The notes under the pieces are model-generated. The model saw nothing but the letters and a program-made list of their open reading frames with translations, was not told the DNA's origin and did not search any database. DNA of 64,000 nt from the human T2T-CHM13v2.0 reference genome, Homo sapiens. Below are positions 27,000-46,769 of the stretch, piece by piece. Within the stretch, counting starts at the first letter, position 1, and each line of letters starts with the position of its first letter. Location: NCBI RefSeq assembly GCF_009914755.1, contig NC_060948.1. The stretch is one strand, 5' to 3'. A program made the position numbers and the translations under genes.

Positions 27000-29340
27000 C
27001 CCATTTCCCCTGTTTGATCTGACTCCTATTTTGCAGCTTAATTTGTTTTATAGAAGAGAAACTAAGAGGGAGGAAATACATTATATACAGGCTTCTCTGA
27101 TGCTTGGTCAGGATAAAAAATTAAAATGGGCTTCTATATGTTTGATGGAGGAAAAGATAAAATAGGGATGGCACGTTATTGATTACCGTTTCAAAGCAAG
27201 TGCCTCTTAATATTGGGCTTTTCTTAGCTGGGGCTGAACTCCCCCTGCCAGTCCAAGCACCCCATAAGAACACAGTCAGATTCCTTCCAGTTCTAGTGAG
27301 GTGTGCAACATGTTATAAATTTCTTCTAGTTTTCCTGGGTTATCTAGTTTCTGGTCATCTTCTTCTCCCTGCCCTTTGAGTCCTGTCTTACATACATACC
27401 CCACTCTCGAAACACCCGATCTTCACCAGAACAACATGCAGTGGGACCCCTTATCAGCTGACAAAGTTGAATGTTTGCCCTCTCTGGGAAGAGAGAGATG
27501 ATAATAGGGACACTATATTGAAGGGGTGGCCTGTCTCTCCACACCTGTGGGCATTTCTCATCAGGTGGAATGAGAGACTTGTGAAAAGAGACGCAGAGAC
27601 AAAGTATAGAGAAAAAGTGGGCCCAGGATACCAGCGCTCAGCATACGGAGGACCTGCGTTGGCACCAGTCTCTGAGTTTCCTTAGTATTTATTGATCATT
27701 ATCGGGCATTTCTCAGAGAGGGTGATGTGGCAGGACAATAGGGTAATAGTGGAGAGAGGGTCAGCAGGAAAACGTGAGCAAATGCCTCTGCATCATGAAC
27801 AAGGTAAAGAAAAAAGTACTGTGCTTTTGATGTGTATATACATAAACAACTCAATGCCTTAAACAGCAGTATTGCCTCCAGCATGTCTCACCTCCAGCCC
27901 TAAGACAGTTTTCCCCTATCTCAGTAGATGGAATATACAATCGGGTTTTACACTGAGATATTCCATTGCCCAGGGACGAGCAGGAGACAGATGGCTTTGT
28001 CTTATCTCAACTGTAAAGAGGCCTTCCTCTTTTACTAAAACTCCTCAGCACAGACCGTTTACAGGTGTCAGGCTGGCAGATGGTCAGTTCCTTCCCTTCC
28101 CATGAGGCCATATTTCAGACTATCACATGGGGAGAAACCTTGGACAATACCCGGCTTTCCTAGGCAGAGGTCTCTGTGGCCTTCCGCAGTGTTTTGTGTC
28201 CCTGTGTACTTGAGAGTAGGGGGTGGTGATGACTTTTAACAAGCATGCTGCCTTCAAGCATTTGTTTAGCAAAGCACATCCTGCATAGCCCTAAATCCAT
28301 TAAACCTTGAGTCAACATAGCACATGTTGCTGTGAGCACAGAACAGAATGGAGTGTCTTATAGCTACTTCTTTCTACATAGACACAGTAACAGTCTGATC
28401 TCTCTTTCTTTTCCCCACACTATATATGTATATGTACACTTTTCTACATCTGAATTAGCCATATGCAAGGAAAAACTAAAACAGTTTTCAGAGATTCCAG
28501 GAAAATTCACAGACAAATTTAAAAGGCTAACCTTGATGTATGATCTGACCAGGCAGGATTTGCATATATTTATGTTTACCTGCTGCATGATAGAAGAGCA
28601 GTGCATTATGGGAGTGGCTAGAGCACATGCTAATAGGGTGGCAGCCTGCAACCAGAGGCATGGCACCTATCAAGTAGGAGGCTCAGCAGTGCCTGACTAG
28701 GACCCAAAAGAGGACTAGAATCTAGACAAATAAATTAGGAAGAAAGTGGGATATATAGAGAAAAATTATGATCGTTTGACTCCGTGAAGGAATTTTAAAA
28801 AAGTGTGATACAGCTTTTTAATTTTTATAAAGTCTGGAAAATTACTCAGGAAAAAGATGAAAACCTAGCCTTATTACAAGGGTGGATAATTTAGACCTTG
28901 AGGAAATACACTAACACTGACCCTGACTCCAAAAAGGGACAGGCATTGCTAGGAGCTTAATTTATAGTGGCGGTCCCCTGATATATGCAGGAAGCTGCCA
29001 AAAGCAGTCTTAGGCTTCCAGATTCCCATGGATCAGACTTTAGACTTGGATTTTGCAGTTTTCCATCACAGGGATTGGGCAGACAAAACATAAAATAAAG
29101 AAAATCTTCCAAGAGTCCCAGCTTCTAGCTGCAGCCTTGTGCTCTCCACCACTTCAGAGGCATCCCCTTAACCCCTGGCCCTCACAGAGGAAGTGAGAAG
29201 GTGAAAGTCCCAGTTTGTGCCTCTGGGCCACCGTACCTTGGATGTAAATCAATGTGCCTTCTGTAGGAAGGTCAGCCACTGCCAAAGGAAATGCACTGTG
29301 CTTCCAAGGGAGCCATCATCAGAGCCCAGCAGACTCAAAA
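27000..29340 (+). pseudogene. gag: ERV gag remnant (split by LTR5)
   Basis: VCPLWEE...YVHFSTSELAICKEKLKQFSEIPGKFTDKFKRLTLMYDLT (capsid); NQCAFCRKVSHCQRKC zinc knuckle at ~29250-29297. Confidence 0.85.
27519..28419 (-). mobile_element. HERV-K(HML-2) solo LTR (LTR5A/B-like)
   Basis: Minus strand begins tgtggggaaaagaaagagagatcagactgttactgtgtc and ends ...ggccaccccttca; perfect 6-bp TSD ctatat. Confidence 0.95.
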
Positions 29341-29397
29341 GTGGCAGGGCCTGACACTTCCTACCTCCACTCCCATTGGACTATTAGCTACGGAGAA

Positions 29398-29660
29398 ATG
29401 GAGGAGCCTCAGGTGACTCTTGAAGTAGAAGGTAGGAGTATTAACTGCTTATTAGGTGTGGGAGCATATTACTCTGTCCTGATTCAATACAATGGGCTAC
29501 TGTCTTCTCATGATGGACAAGCCCCAAAACACTCCTTTTTGTATCTTCTAAGTTGTCCTCCAGAGCCTCTAGGTTTCTCACCTGCCTTTTTAGTAATTGT
29601 CCGATTGCCTGACCTCTTACTGGGGAGAGGTTTATTGACTCAGGAGACAAAGTCATGGTC
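29398..29660 (+). pseudogene. pro: ERV protease remnant
   Basis: EEPQVTLEVEGRSINCLLGVGAYYSVL (decayed LLDTGA site) ... PDLLLGRGLL. Confidence 0.85.
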
Positions 29661-31158
29661 ACCTTCACAGATCATGAAGCATAGAAAGTGTTACTTTTGT
29701 TCCTGACCCCTCAGGGGAAAAAAGAAGTTAAGAATGAGCTGTCACATTTACCACCTGAGGTGTTGTCTCAAGTAAATCTTGAGGTTTGGGCCACACAGGC
29801 TCTGGGAAACGCACTAAACACCTCCCCCATTCAAATCCAACTTCAGCCTAGTGCTCCTCGACCTCAGAAGAGACAATACAGTTTAAGGCAAGAAGCATGG
29901 GGGAAATTCAACCCCTTATTGCCAAATTCTTGCCATATGAGTTATTAAGGCCATGTGAGTCTCCTTACAATACTCGCATGTTACCAGATAAAAAGCCTAA
30001 TGGCACGTACAGATTTGTCAGAACCCTTAGAGCATTAAGAAATGCAGTTGTCTCCATACACCTCATTGTCCGCAATACTTACCAAGTCCCAGGTGATGCA
30101 AGCTAGTTTACATTCTTAAATCTGAAAGATGCACTTTTCTGGATCTCAATGCATCCAGATTCATAATATGTTTGCCTTTGAATGGACTGATCCAGATATT
30201 CATTCAGCCTCAAAACTAACCTGGACAGTCATCTCTGAAGGGTTCTGGGATAGCCCCCACTTATTGGGAAATGCTCTAGTTAAGGACTTAAGAAATCTGC
30301 AATTGGAAAAGGACAAAATTATTCAGTATGTAGGTGACTTGCTCATTGCTAGCCCAACTAAAGAAGACTTATAATAATAATGTTAAGTTGGGAAATTTCC
30401 TGGGAACTTGCAGATATATTGCATCACCATACAGGGCTCAGATTTTGACCGAAAGACTTAAATATTTGGAATCTGTCTTAACCTCTGGAACTGATCAACA
30501 TCCCTAGAAGATAAAAAAGTTATTTTAGTCACCCAAGGGTCCCTGTCCAAAAAATGACTGTGGGCTTTTTTAGATGGCTGGGTACTGTTGCTTATGGGTG
30601 CCCAGATTTGGGCATATAGCCAAGCCTTTATATGATACACTAAAGGGAAAGATTTAGAGCTCCTAGAATGTAATGACAACTGCAAGCAAACCTTCAATAC
30701 TCTCAAGGAGAAATTGGGCTCTGCTGCAGCCGTGGGAGTCCCCAAGTTGGATGAACTATTTTTTCTTTATGTGACCAAAAAGCAAAGCACAGGCCTTGGG
30801 TAATCTTGTCCCAAAACTGGGGGACATTCCAAGGCCAGTAGCCTAATTTTCTAAGCAGGCAGACCAGGTGGCCTCAGGGTGGCCTTTGTGTCTTAGAGAT
30901 ATTGCTGCTACCACTTTTCTAGCAGGCAAAGCTAATAAACTAACATTAGAACAGCACCTACAGGTTTTTGACCCCACATCAAGGGAAGGTAATCCTAGAA
31001 GCTAAAGAGCAGCAATGGATAATAGGAGAACATTTATGAAAGTATCAGGCTTTATTGCTAGACACTCCAGACATAACCCTTAAAGGCTGCCAAACCATAA
31101 ACCCAGCTACTTATCTGCCAGTGTCCTCAGGAGCTTCTAGCCTTTCTGACATACAGGT

Positions 31159-31806
<648 letters not shown>

Positions 31807-33410
31807 CAGGTTATGAGACAAATTTATTCTAGCAGGCCAGACTTAAGAGAGATGAGCCCTTTGACCATCCTAAGGAAGAGTGGTTAACAGATGTAAATTG
31901 TTTTATGCATCAGGAAAACGGGAGGGGTAGATATGCTATTAGTAGTCAGCTCAAGAGAATCAAGGCACAAGTCTTGCTGGTCTCGAACTCAGCTCGAAAA
32001 GCTGAGTTAATTGAAATTACTCAGCCCCTGTATTTGGGAAAGATTTAAAAGTTAACATTTACACTGATTCCAAGTATGACTTTTTAGTGCTTCATGATTA
32101 TGCTGCAATTTGGAATGGGTAGGGGCTCCTGACCCCCAAGGGCTTTTCCCTACAACATCATTCAGATTTTGAGCTTGTTAGAATGCTGCTTTGCTGCCAA
32201 AAAGTGACTATAATTAATTGCAGAGGACATCAAAAGAGAGACTGACCATATAAAAGGAAATGCCCTTGTAGATGAAGCAGCCAAGGCCCCTGCACTGAAA
32301 GGGTCAATGAAGCTTATGGGCGTGCTGGCAAGCATACATAGAACTGAGCCAGAACACTCTGAAGAAGAAGAAAAATGGGCCAGGGATTTCATTTCAGTCC
32401 AGGGCCCCTGTGGCTGGCTGAATGATAGTAATAAATTACAAATTCCAAGTACCAATTGTAGGAATATAATTCAGCACTTTCATGATTCTTTTCACCCTAG
32501 AAGGGATTCTTGGTTTCTGTCAATATCTCATTTGTTTATAGGGGTAAATCTTTTCAAGACACCAAAACAGGTGACTCAGCCCTGTGAGCTCTGTGCCTGA
32601 CATGACCCAAATGGCCAGCAATTTTCTCCTTCTCCAGGTAAACCTGTCCAAAATTGAGAAACCTATCCAGGTGAGAACTGGCAACTCTAATTTACTTAGA
32701 TACCTTTCTGCAGGAGATTCAAATATTTGCTAACGCTTACTGATAACTTCACTGGTTAGATCGAGACATTCCCCACCCCATCTGAAAAATGTTTACCAGA
32801 AGAAATAACTCCTCAGTTTGGGTAATCTAAAAGCCTGCAAAGTGGCAATGGCCCATCTTTCACAGCTGGTGTATCCCAACACCTATCCTCAGCTTTAAGA
32901 ATCCAATATTACCTTTACTCTGTGTGCAGACTGCAGTCCTCTGGAAAGGTGAAAGGGCTAATCCTACTCTAAAGAAGACTCTAGCTAAATCAGATGCCTG
33001 ACTATCTCTAACACCCATAGCTTACTGTGGGTTTGAACTGCTCCAAAGTAAAACTTATAATTAAATCCTGTTGAGTTAACATTTGGAAGACCTTTCCTAA
33101 GCACAGGTCTCCTAATAGATGAAAAGACTCAACAATTACAAAAATATGTCATCAATCTAGGACAGGTGCAAAGGCACTTTGTGAATATGGAAACAAGAGT
33201 CTTCCCCTACCACATGGGAGGAAAATTCAGTTTCAGCTCAGCTAGGGATTTAGTCTTACTAAAGATGTGGGAGGAAGTTTTCCAGTTGACCAGCTTTCCC
33301 CAACTTGGAAAGGACCACAGCAAGGACATCGGAGCTCTCCAACAGACGTTCAACGCCAAGGGATTAACAAATGGGTACACCTGTGTGGAAGTAAAGCTGT
33401 TGCTTATTCT

Positions 33411-33600
33411 GGGAGCCGAATCTGAGGCTGACGGATGTGGGTGCGGGGCTATTTCAGCGTTGGTGGAGGGCGGGCTGGGTAGCTGCCCATCTGCTCCTCC
33501 TTCTCACGTTTCTCCTGCCGCTCTAATCCCGCCTTGGCCATGAAGGAAATCGTGCTCACGCAGGCCGGGCAGTGCGGGAACCAGATTGGCGCCAAGGTTG
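33411..33600 (+). pseudogene. TUBB8: Orphan proximal promoter + exon 1 of a TUBB8-family beta-tubulin paralog
   Basis: ATG 33540; 57 coding nt MKEIVLTQAGQCGNQIGAK then donor gttg (33597-33600), the conserved beta-tubulin intron-1 position; LTQ motif typical of TUBB8/TUBB4Q family; GC-rich upstream with TATA-like gctatttcag; no exon 2 found in window. Confidence 0.88.
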
Positions 33601-33717
33601 TATTTGACTCCCTAAAATTTAAAATTTTGTATGAGAGAAAAATACCTCAAAGTCAAAAGTCAACAGACTGGGGAAATAGATCTGCAACATACATGACAGA
33701 CAAAAAGCTAATTTGGG

Positions 33718-33775
33718 ATATATATATACACATATATATACACACACACATATATATACACACACATATACATAC

Positions 33776-33810
<35 letters not shown>

Positions 33811-33830
33811 GAGATAGATAGATATATGTA
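33718..33830. repeat. (TA)n/(CA)n/(GATA) compound microsatellite
   Basis: Directly visible. Confidence 0.95.
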
Positions 33831-33838
33831 AATATCCA

Positions 33839-35000
33839 TTTTTTTTGTTTTTTTTTTTTTTGGTGAACAAGTGAAAGGAAGTTTATTGTGTTTGGTACAT
33901 ATATCTGTTTCTGTTTTCCATACAAGCACATCAACCACAAGACTTACAGAGCACAATGGAATAATAATCACAAAATATTTAAAGATATAAAAAGACCTAA
34001 CAATTCCAATCATAAGCAAGTCCCTCATACAGGACATAAACCACAAAAGCAACAAGACATGTACGGGAAAAGTGCTTCTTAAGATCATTTTATTATCATG
34101 TATAAACTCTTTCTGATTTCAATATAAGTTTAAGAACTCTTAAATCGACGAAGGAAAGAACTAAATTTGTAAGTTATAATTTATAAAGATTATCAGGGAC
34201 AATGCTAAGAAAAAATAGAAAAGAATGAATTTGCATACATATTCATGAATTCTTACACAGTTGTCTTCTTTAACAATGGAGCAATGAAAATACAATCGGA
34301 ATAACTGGTGCTTTTTGAAAAGCTGATTGTAAATGGTCAACTGCACATTTGAATCAATTACTATGATACATGGCAAATAATAGAGAGCCTCCAAAATGTG
34401 TGAGGCATATTTATTTCTTTTGATTTTTTCATTTATGAACATGAATGCTTATTTTACTTATAATCTTCTGATTGGATTGATCAAGAAAGACATTAAACTT
34501 GGTTGAAGAAGGTAGTCAAGAGTCTGCACAACTGGTCTTTCTTAGAGCAAAGTTACTCAGGAATAGTTTCTGAGTTCCCTCTCCTGGGCTCATAATTAGT
34601 GGCAGCAGAGAGGGAAGAACAATCTAGAAGCCAGCAGTATCAGAATGAGAGTAAGAGCACCCTAGCTCGCTCACAAACACTCCAAAAGCTAAGACTGCCC
34701 TCCTGACCATGAGAATATATCTGCTTCCTGTGATAAAATACCAAAAATCTCAGTTTCTCTCTGCCATTGTTACTTGTAATAAACTGCATCCCACGGACCC
34801 AGTTTAGCCCCCTGATCAAAAGCATGGCTACAGACTAATTCAGTGAATGGGCCCATGAGTTCTTGTAACATACCTGAACATTCAGACATATTGTTTCCAT
34901 TTTTGCATTGTCTGAAATCTTCTGTCAGTGTAGCAAGTGTACCTTAACTGCTAAATAGCTTACCCCACTTAGAAAAATAACTAAGGGCATGGAACTCCCA
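33839..35000 (-). pseudogene. Probable processed-transcript (retrocopy) 3'UTR, parent unknown; 5' extent uncertain
   Basis: Poly-T 33839-33861 with tttatt (AATAAA on minus) 20 nt away at 33882-33887; following sequence not recognisable as Alu or L1. Confidence 0.55.
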
Positions 35001-35144
35001 ACATTCAATAAATTCTGATAGCTGTGAATGCTGTTTTCACCTTCTAATCACCAGTACAAAAAAATTCCACACTCTAGACTTAAATCTTACATCAACTGTC
35101 CTTCAGAAAATTATTTAATCCTTCTGGGACTCTAATTTCTGATC

Positions 35145-37416
<2,272 letters not shown>

Positions 37417-39310
37417 CGTATATATCCGTTTTTAACACCATTTAAAAAAAATACCGTCCTTTCCCCATTGAACAGTGTTGACGCCCTTGTTAAAAATCAT
37501 GACCATGTTTTTTGGTTCTTTATTTCTATTGCATTGGTCTTTGTGTCTGTCTCTATGCTGCTACAGCATTGTTTTGCATACTGAAGTTTGAAACCAGAAG
37601 ATGTTACTCTTCTAACTTTGTCAGTTTTTAAGATTGATTTGGCTGCTTGGGGTTTTTTGAGATTTCAACTGAATTTTAGAATAGGTTTTTCTATTTTTGC
37701 AAATATTGGAATTTTTATAGTGATTTTACTGAATCTGTAGATGACTATAGATAACAATGGCCCCTTGACAAGGTTTTGTCTTCCAGTCCATAAACACTTG
37801 ATGTCTTTTCATTTATTTGTGTCATCTTTAATACTTTCATGCCATGTTTATAGTTTTTGCTGTACAGGTTTTTCATTTCCTTGGTTAACTGGGTTTCTAC
37901 GTATTTTATTCTTTTGATGTTATCATACATGATACTGTTGCCTTGATTTCTTCTTCAGATAGTTTATTGTTATTGTAGAAATACAACTGATTTTTGTGTA
38001 TTGTTTTCTATCCTCCAGCTTTGCTGAATTTTATTTATTGCGTCTGAGAGTTTATCTCACGGAAACTAAAAGATTTTTAATATATAAGGTTATGTCATCT
38101 TCAAACAGATATTAAATAGAAGTAGTAAAAGCAGGCATCCTTGTTTTTGCTCTTAGGGTAAAAGCTTTCAGTCTTTCACCATGTTAGCTGTGTTTCTTTG
38201 TTTTGTTTTGTTTTTTGTACAGCATTATGTAAAGTGTTTTCTTTCTTTTTATAGCTTATTAAGTATATTTTATCATGAATGTGCATTAAATTTTGACAAA
38301 TGCTTCTTTTTCTTTGCTTAAGATGATCACATGCGGGTTTTTTCCTTATGTTAATGCGATATTACACTGATTTTCATGTATTGGAACATACTTTCATTTC
38401 AGGAGTCAATTATACTCATTCATAGTGTATAATCCGTTTAATGTACTGCTAAGTTTGAGTTGCTGGTATTTTGTTGAGGATTTTTGCATCAGCATTTATA
38501 AGGGATGTTTGTTTGTAGTTTTCTTATGGTGCCTTTTTCTGTCTTGGTGCCAGGGTAATACTGGACTCACAGAATAAGTTAGAAAAAATTACCTCCTCTT
38601 CAACGTTTGAAAAAGTTTGAGAAAAAGTGGTGTTAATTCTGTTTTAAACATTGGGTAGAATTTAACAGTGAAGCCATCTTGTCCAAGCTTTTCTTTGTTG
38701 CTGAGTTTTTGATTACTGATGTAATCTTCCTGCTGAATCTCCTTGCTGAATAGGTTTATTCAACTTTTCTGATTCAGTCTTAGTAGGTTTTTTTTTCCTA
38801 GGAATTTGTTCATTTTATTTAGGCTATTCAATTTTTTAGTGTATAGTTCCTTATGTTACTCTCCTACACCCCTTTTTTACTCCAAAAATTTGTTAGTAAT
38901 ATACCCATTTTATTTTTGAGTTTAGTAATTTGAATATTCCCTTTCTTTCTTAGTCAATCTAGATAAAATTTTGTCACTTTTGATATTTTTCAGAGAACAA
39001 ACTAGGTTGTGTTGATTTTTGATATGGTTTTTCTATTCTCTATTTCACTTATTTCCACTGCAAATTTTATCTTTTTTTTAATTTTTGCTAGTTTTAGTTG
39101 TCCCTCTTTAATAGTCCCTCTTTTTCTCTCTGTTTTTAGTTCCTTAGGAGTAAAGTTGTTGATTTGGTATCTTATTTTTTATAATCATTTATAGCTATAA
39201 ATTTTTCCCTTATGGTACCGTTTTTGATGTATCTCCTAACTTTTGGTATTTCATGTTTTTAATTTGTCCCCATATATTTGCTCTTGTGATTTCTTCTTTT
39301 TCCATCCTTG
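37417..39310 (-). mobile_element. Old L1M ORF2 fragment
   Basis: Diverged antisense L1 ORF2 (ggtattttgttgaggatttttgcatc; gtaaagctttcagtctttcaccatg). Confidence 0.8.
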
Positions 39311-40589
39311 AGAGTTTCATACCTATATTTTTAGATATAAAATGTGTAACCTACAAAATTTTCTTGATTTGTTTGTTTTATTTGTTGTAAGTTTTTATTT
39401 CAGAATTAAATATGTGTATCAACATTTGTTATGTTCTCATAAACTTTGAAATACATGGAGATTCCTGGTCCACATATGTAAGTCTCTATATGAATATTAT
39501 TTTGAAGCATTTAACCTTCTATTTTAATATTTCAAAGGTCTAGATGAAATTGAGACTTTGGTTTCTGAGATGAAATAATGCTAGGTGACTGAGAAATGCT
39601 TAAAAATTTGCCAAAACTTAAAATTAAGTTAAAGTTTACCTTCAAGATTCAACCTGAATAAGTCGCCCTGTATTGCTGGTAATAAAGAATAAGTCTTTAA
39701 TGATATAAAAGGAAACTTCAGATAATTTTTCCCCAGTTGACATATAAATTAAAAGATATAAAAAATTTTTATGGCCTTATGCATTTTTTACTTTAGAATT
39801 CCAAATTTTTCTCGTTAAAATTTTTCCCAACAGATTCCTGTGTATTTGAAAGACAAATAATTTTTTAGTTGAAATGCTTAAGCAGTTAAATAAGGCCATG
39901 AAAATTTCTTGAACTTGTGGGAATCCATGAGAAAACCTGACATTATGTTCTATTCTCTTGGAAGGTAGAATTATCGTTTGACTTCTGTTTTGCTGACAAG
40001 AAATGTCCTGAGCAAGGCTACCTGGGAAAATGACCTCACACATGGAAAACGTTGGAGCCCATCTGTTTCCAATGTGCTGTTTTCCGAAAATTAGGGAAGT
40101 TCAGTTTTCCCTTTGACACTCTCTCTTACTACCAATCCCAATGCCAGGGCTGTCCTGCTTCTACAAGTGACAATGACAAATATGGGCCTGAAGAAAGATG
40201 AGCTGATGGCATTCCCAGCTTATTACCTCTCCTTGGGGTCCTTATCTCACATACATGAATTCAACTCATAAACTCAGCTGGGTGAGGATCTGTTATTCAG
40301 CTACATAAGAAGTGATTGCTTAAGACTCGGGTGTGTGGTGAAATGAGGCAGAATTTTCTCAATGGAATGTTGGGAGAATTTTCTCATTATTACCATCTTA
40401 CTATCACTAAATCATAGCTAAAATGAAGACATTGTTCAAGAAGAAATAGAAATGTAACCTTATGAGGACATAAATTTAGAGATTTGTGGAGAGCTCTTCA
40501 TAATTTTATGGTGTTGTCTTTGAGCTGGGATTATAGTTGACATTTCATTATAATATATTAGCTGTTCTAGACTTTATGCATTTATGCAG

Positions 40590-45100
<4,511 letters not shown>

Positions 45101-45339
45101 AACTAAAGTATGATTTCTTAATACTTGAGATGTTTTAAATACATAACAATAATGATATTTATCACAAATATATTTTGTCTCAATGTGATATACTAAATGC
45201 TAAAAAGTCAATTCTTTTTGGTTACCACAAAACAATCTGGAAATGTAACGTCTGACATTTATAAAATTTTTGTAGAGTTAATAGAACTTTACTTGAAGGG
45301 AGGCTGTCAATATGCATCATGACTTCAAGCACTGCCAGT

Positions 45340-45820
45340 GAAGTTGTGGAGTTTGAAATGGTACTCACATTTGTTACTGGGATTATAAATTAGTACAAAC
45401 TATATCAATTGTGATTAAACAATATATACCAAAATTATAAATGGAAATAGTCTCTGATTCAGCAATTTCATTTCCAGAAATTTGCCATACAGACATACTT
45501 ATGATGCCTGGAATTATGTATGAATGGGAGAAAGTATTATACCACCTTTTTAATTAACAAAAGTCTAGAAATCACCTTAATGTTTATGAATCACATTAAT
45601 GATTATCATCTTACTGTTTATGAAATTATGGTTATTCATATGATAGACTACTATGCAGCTATTTAAAAAAATAAATTTTAAAGGGATGCTCAAAAATGAT
45701 GTCCAAGATATGTTACAAAGGAAAAAAACCTGGGTGGAGAGCCACATGTCTGATATGCCTCTATTCCTATAAAATCAGAGTGTATATAAATGCATAGAGT
45801 ATCTCTATTAACTGGTAACT
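45340..45820 (+). mobile_element. Old L1M 3' fragment
   Basis: gattcagcaatttcatttccagaaatttgccatac...; gactactatgcagctatttaaaaaa. Confidence 0.6.
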
Positions 45821-46215
45821 GTTACAAAATTCAAAGTTAATGCAGGCAAGGCCTTTCTTTTTTAATGCTAAAACTCCAAGGAACTGCACAACATTTGAGG
45901 ATTTCCAACACATGCCAATCTACCTTTGAACCTACAGATTTTAGGAAATGAAGCTCTTGAAAAATCAATCATTAATATTCCTAGCTACAGTTGTTTGGGA
46001 CATAATTAGAATGATCCATTCTTTGAAAGTCTGTAAAATTTGCTTATACAACCATCGGGCATAGTCCTTCCTTTGTGAAAGATTTTATTTTACTAGAGAT
46101 TTTATGTCCTTCAAGTTATAGTACTTCTTAGGTTTTCTATTTCTTCTTGATTCTTGAGTCAATTTTGGTACCACTTAGTACCCCACAGGGTTCTTGTGCT
46201 CAGAACACATCAGTC

Positions 46216-46535
46216 AAAGAAAGAGAGAAGAAAGGAAGGCAGGAAGGAGGGAGGAAGAAAGGAAGGAAGGGGACAAAGAAAGAGAGAAGGAAGGAAAGAA
46301 TGGGATAAGGAAGGATGGAGGGAAAGATGGGGAGAGAGAGAAAGAAAGAAGGGAGGAGGGAGAGAAAGAGGGAAAGAGAAAGAAGGAAAGAAAACAAGGA
46401 AGCAGGGAGGGAGAGAAAGAAGAAAGTAGAGGAAGGAAGGAAGAAAGTAAGGAAAGAGGGAGGGAAGGAAGGGAGAGAGAGAGGAAAGGAGGGAAAGAAA
46501 GAGAGAAAGGTGAAAGGTGGGGATGGGAAGACAAG
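46216..46535. repeat. Polypurine (GGAA/GAAA/GGGA) low-complexity tract
   Basis: ~320 bp almost exclusively A/G on + strand. Confidence 0.95.
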
Positions 46536-46769
46536 AGGAGCCAGCCACAGGCTACATCCTGTTTGTTCACTCTTTTAGTTGACCCAGGCAGTTCTGCCTT
46601 TTAAATATTCCACCTTCTACCATGAGTTACACTGCTCAATATTCATTCCTCAGAGCATTCAAAAGTCTATGTGTGCCCTGCCATGATGGAGCATGGCTTC
46701 AGCTCCCAAACACAACTCTCAGCCAAAATATTCATGACTGGTCCCTCCCATATACTCACCAATACCCCA

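Noticed and set aside
33534-33785. 83-aa ORF as a functional tubulin or fusion protein
   Set aside because: Only 19 codons are tubulin; the rest is read-through into an L1 remnant and microsatellite
33619-34088. Y/I/C/V-rich minus-strand ORFs
   Set aside because: Translations of the (TA)/(CA) microsatellite
46154-46604. Charged or hydrophobic ORFs on both strands
   Set aside because: Artefacts of the stop-poor polypurine tract
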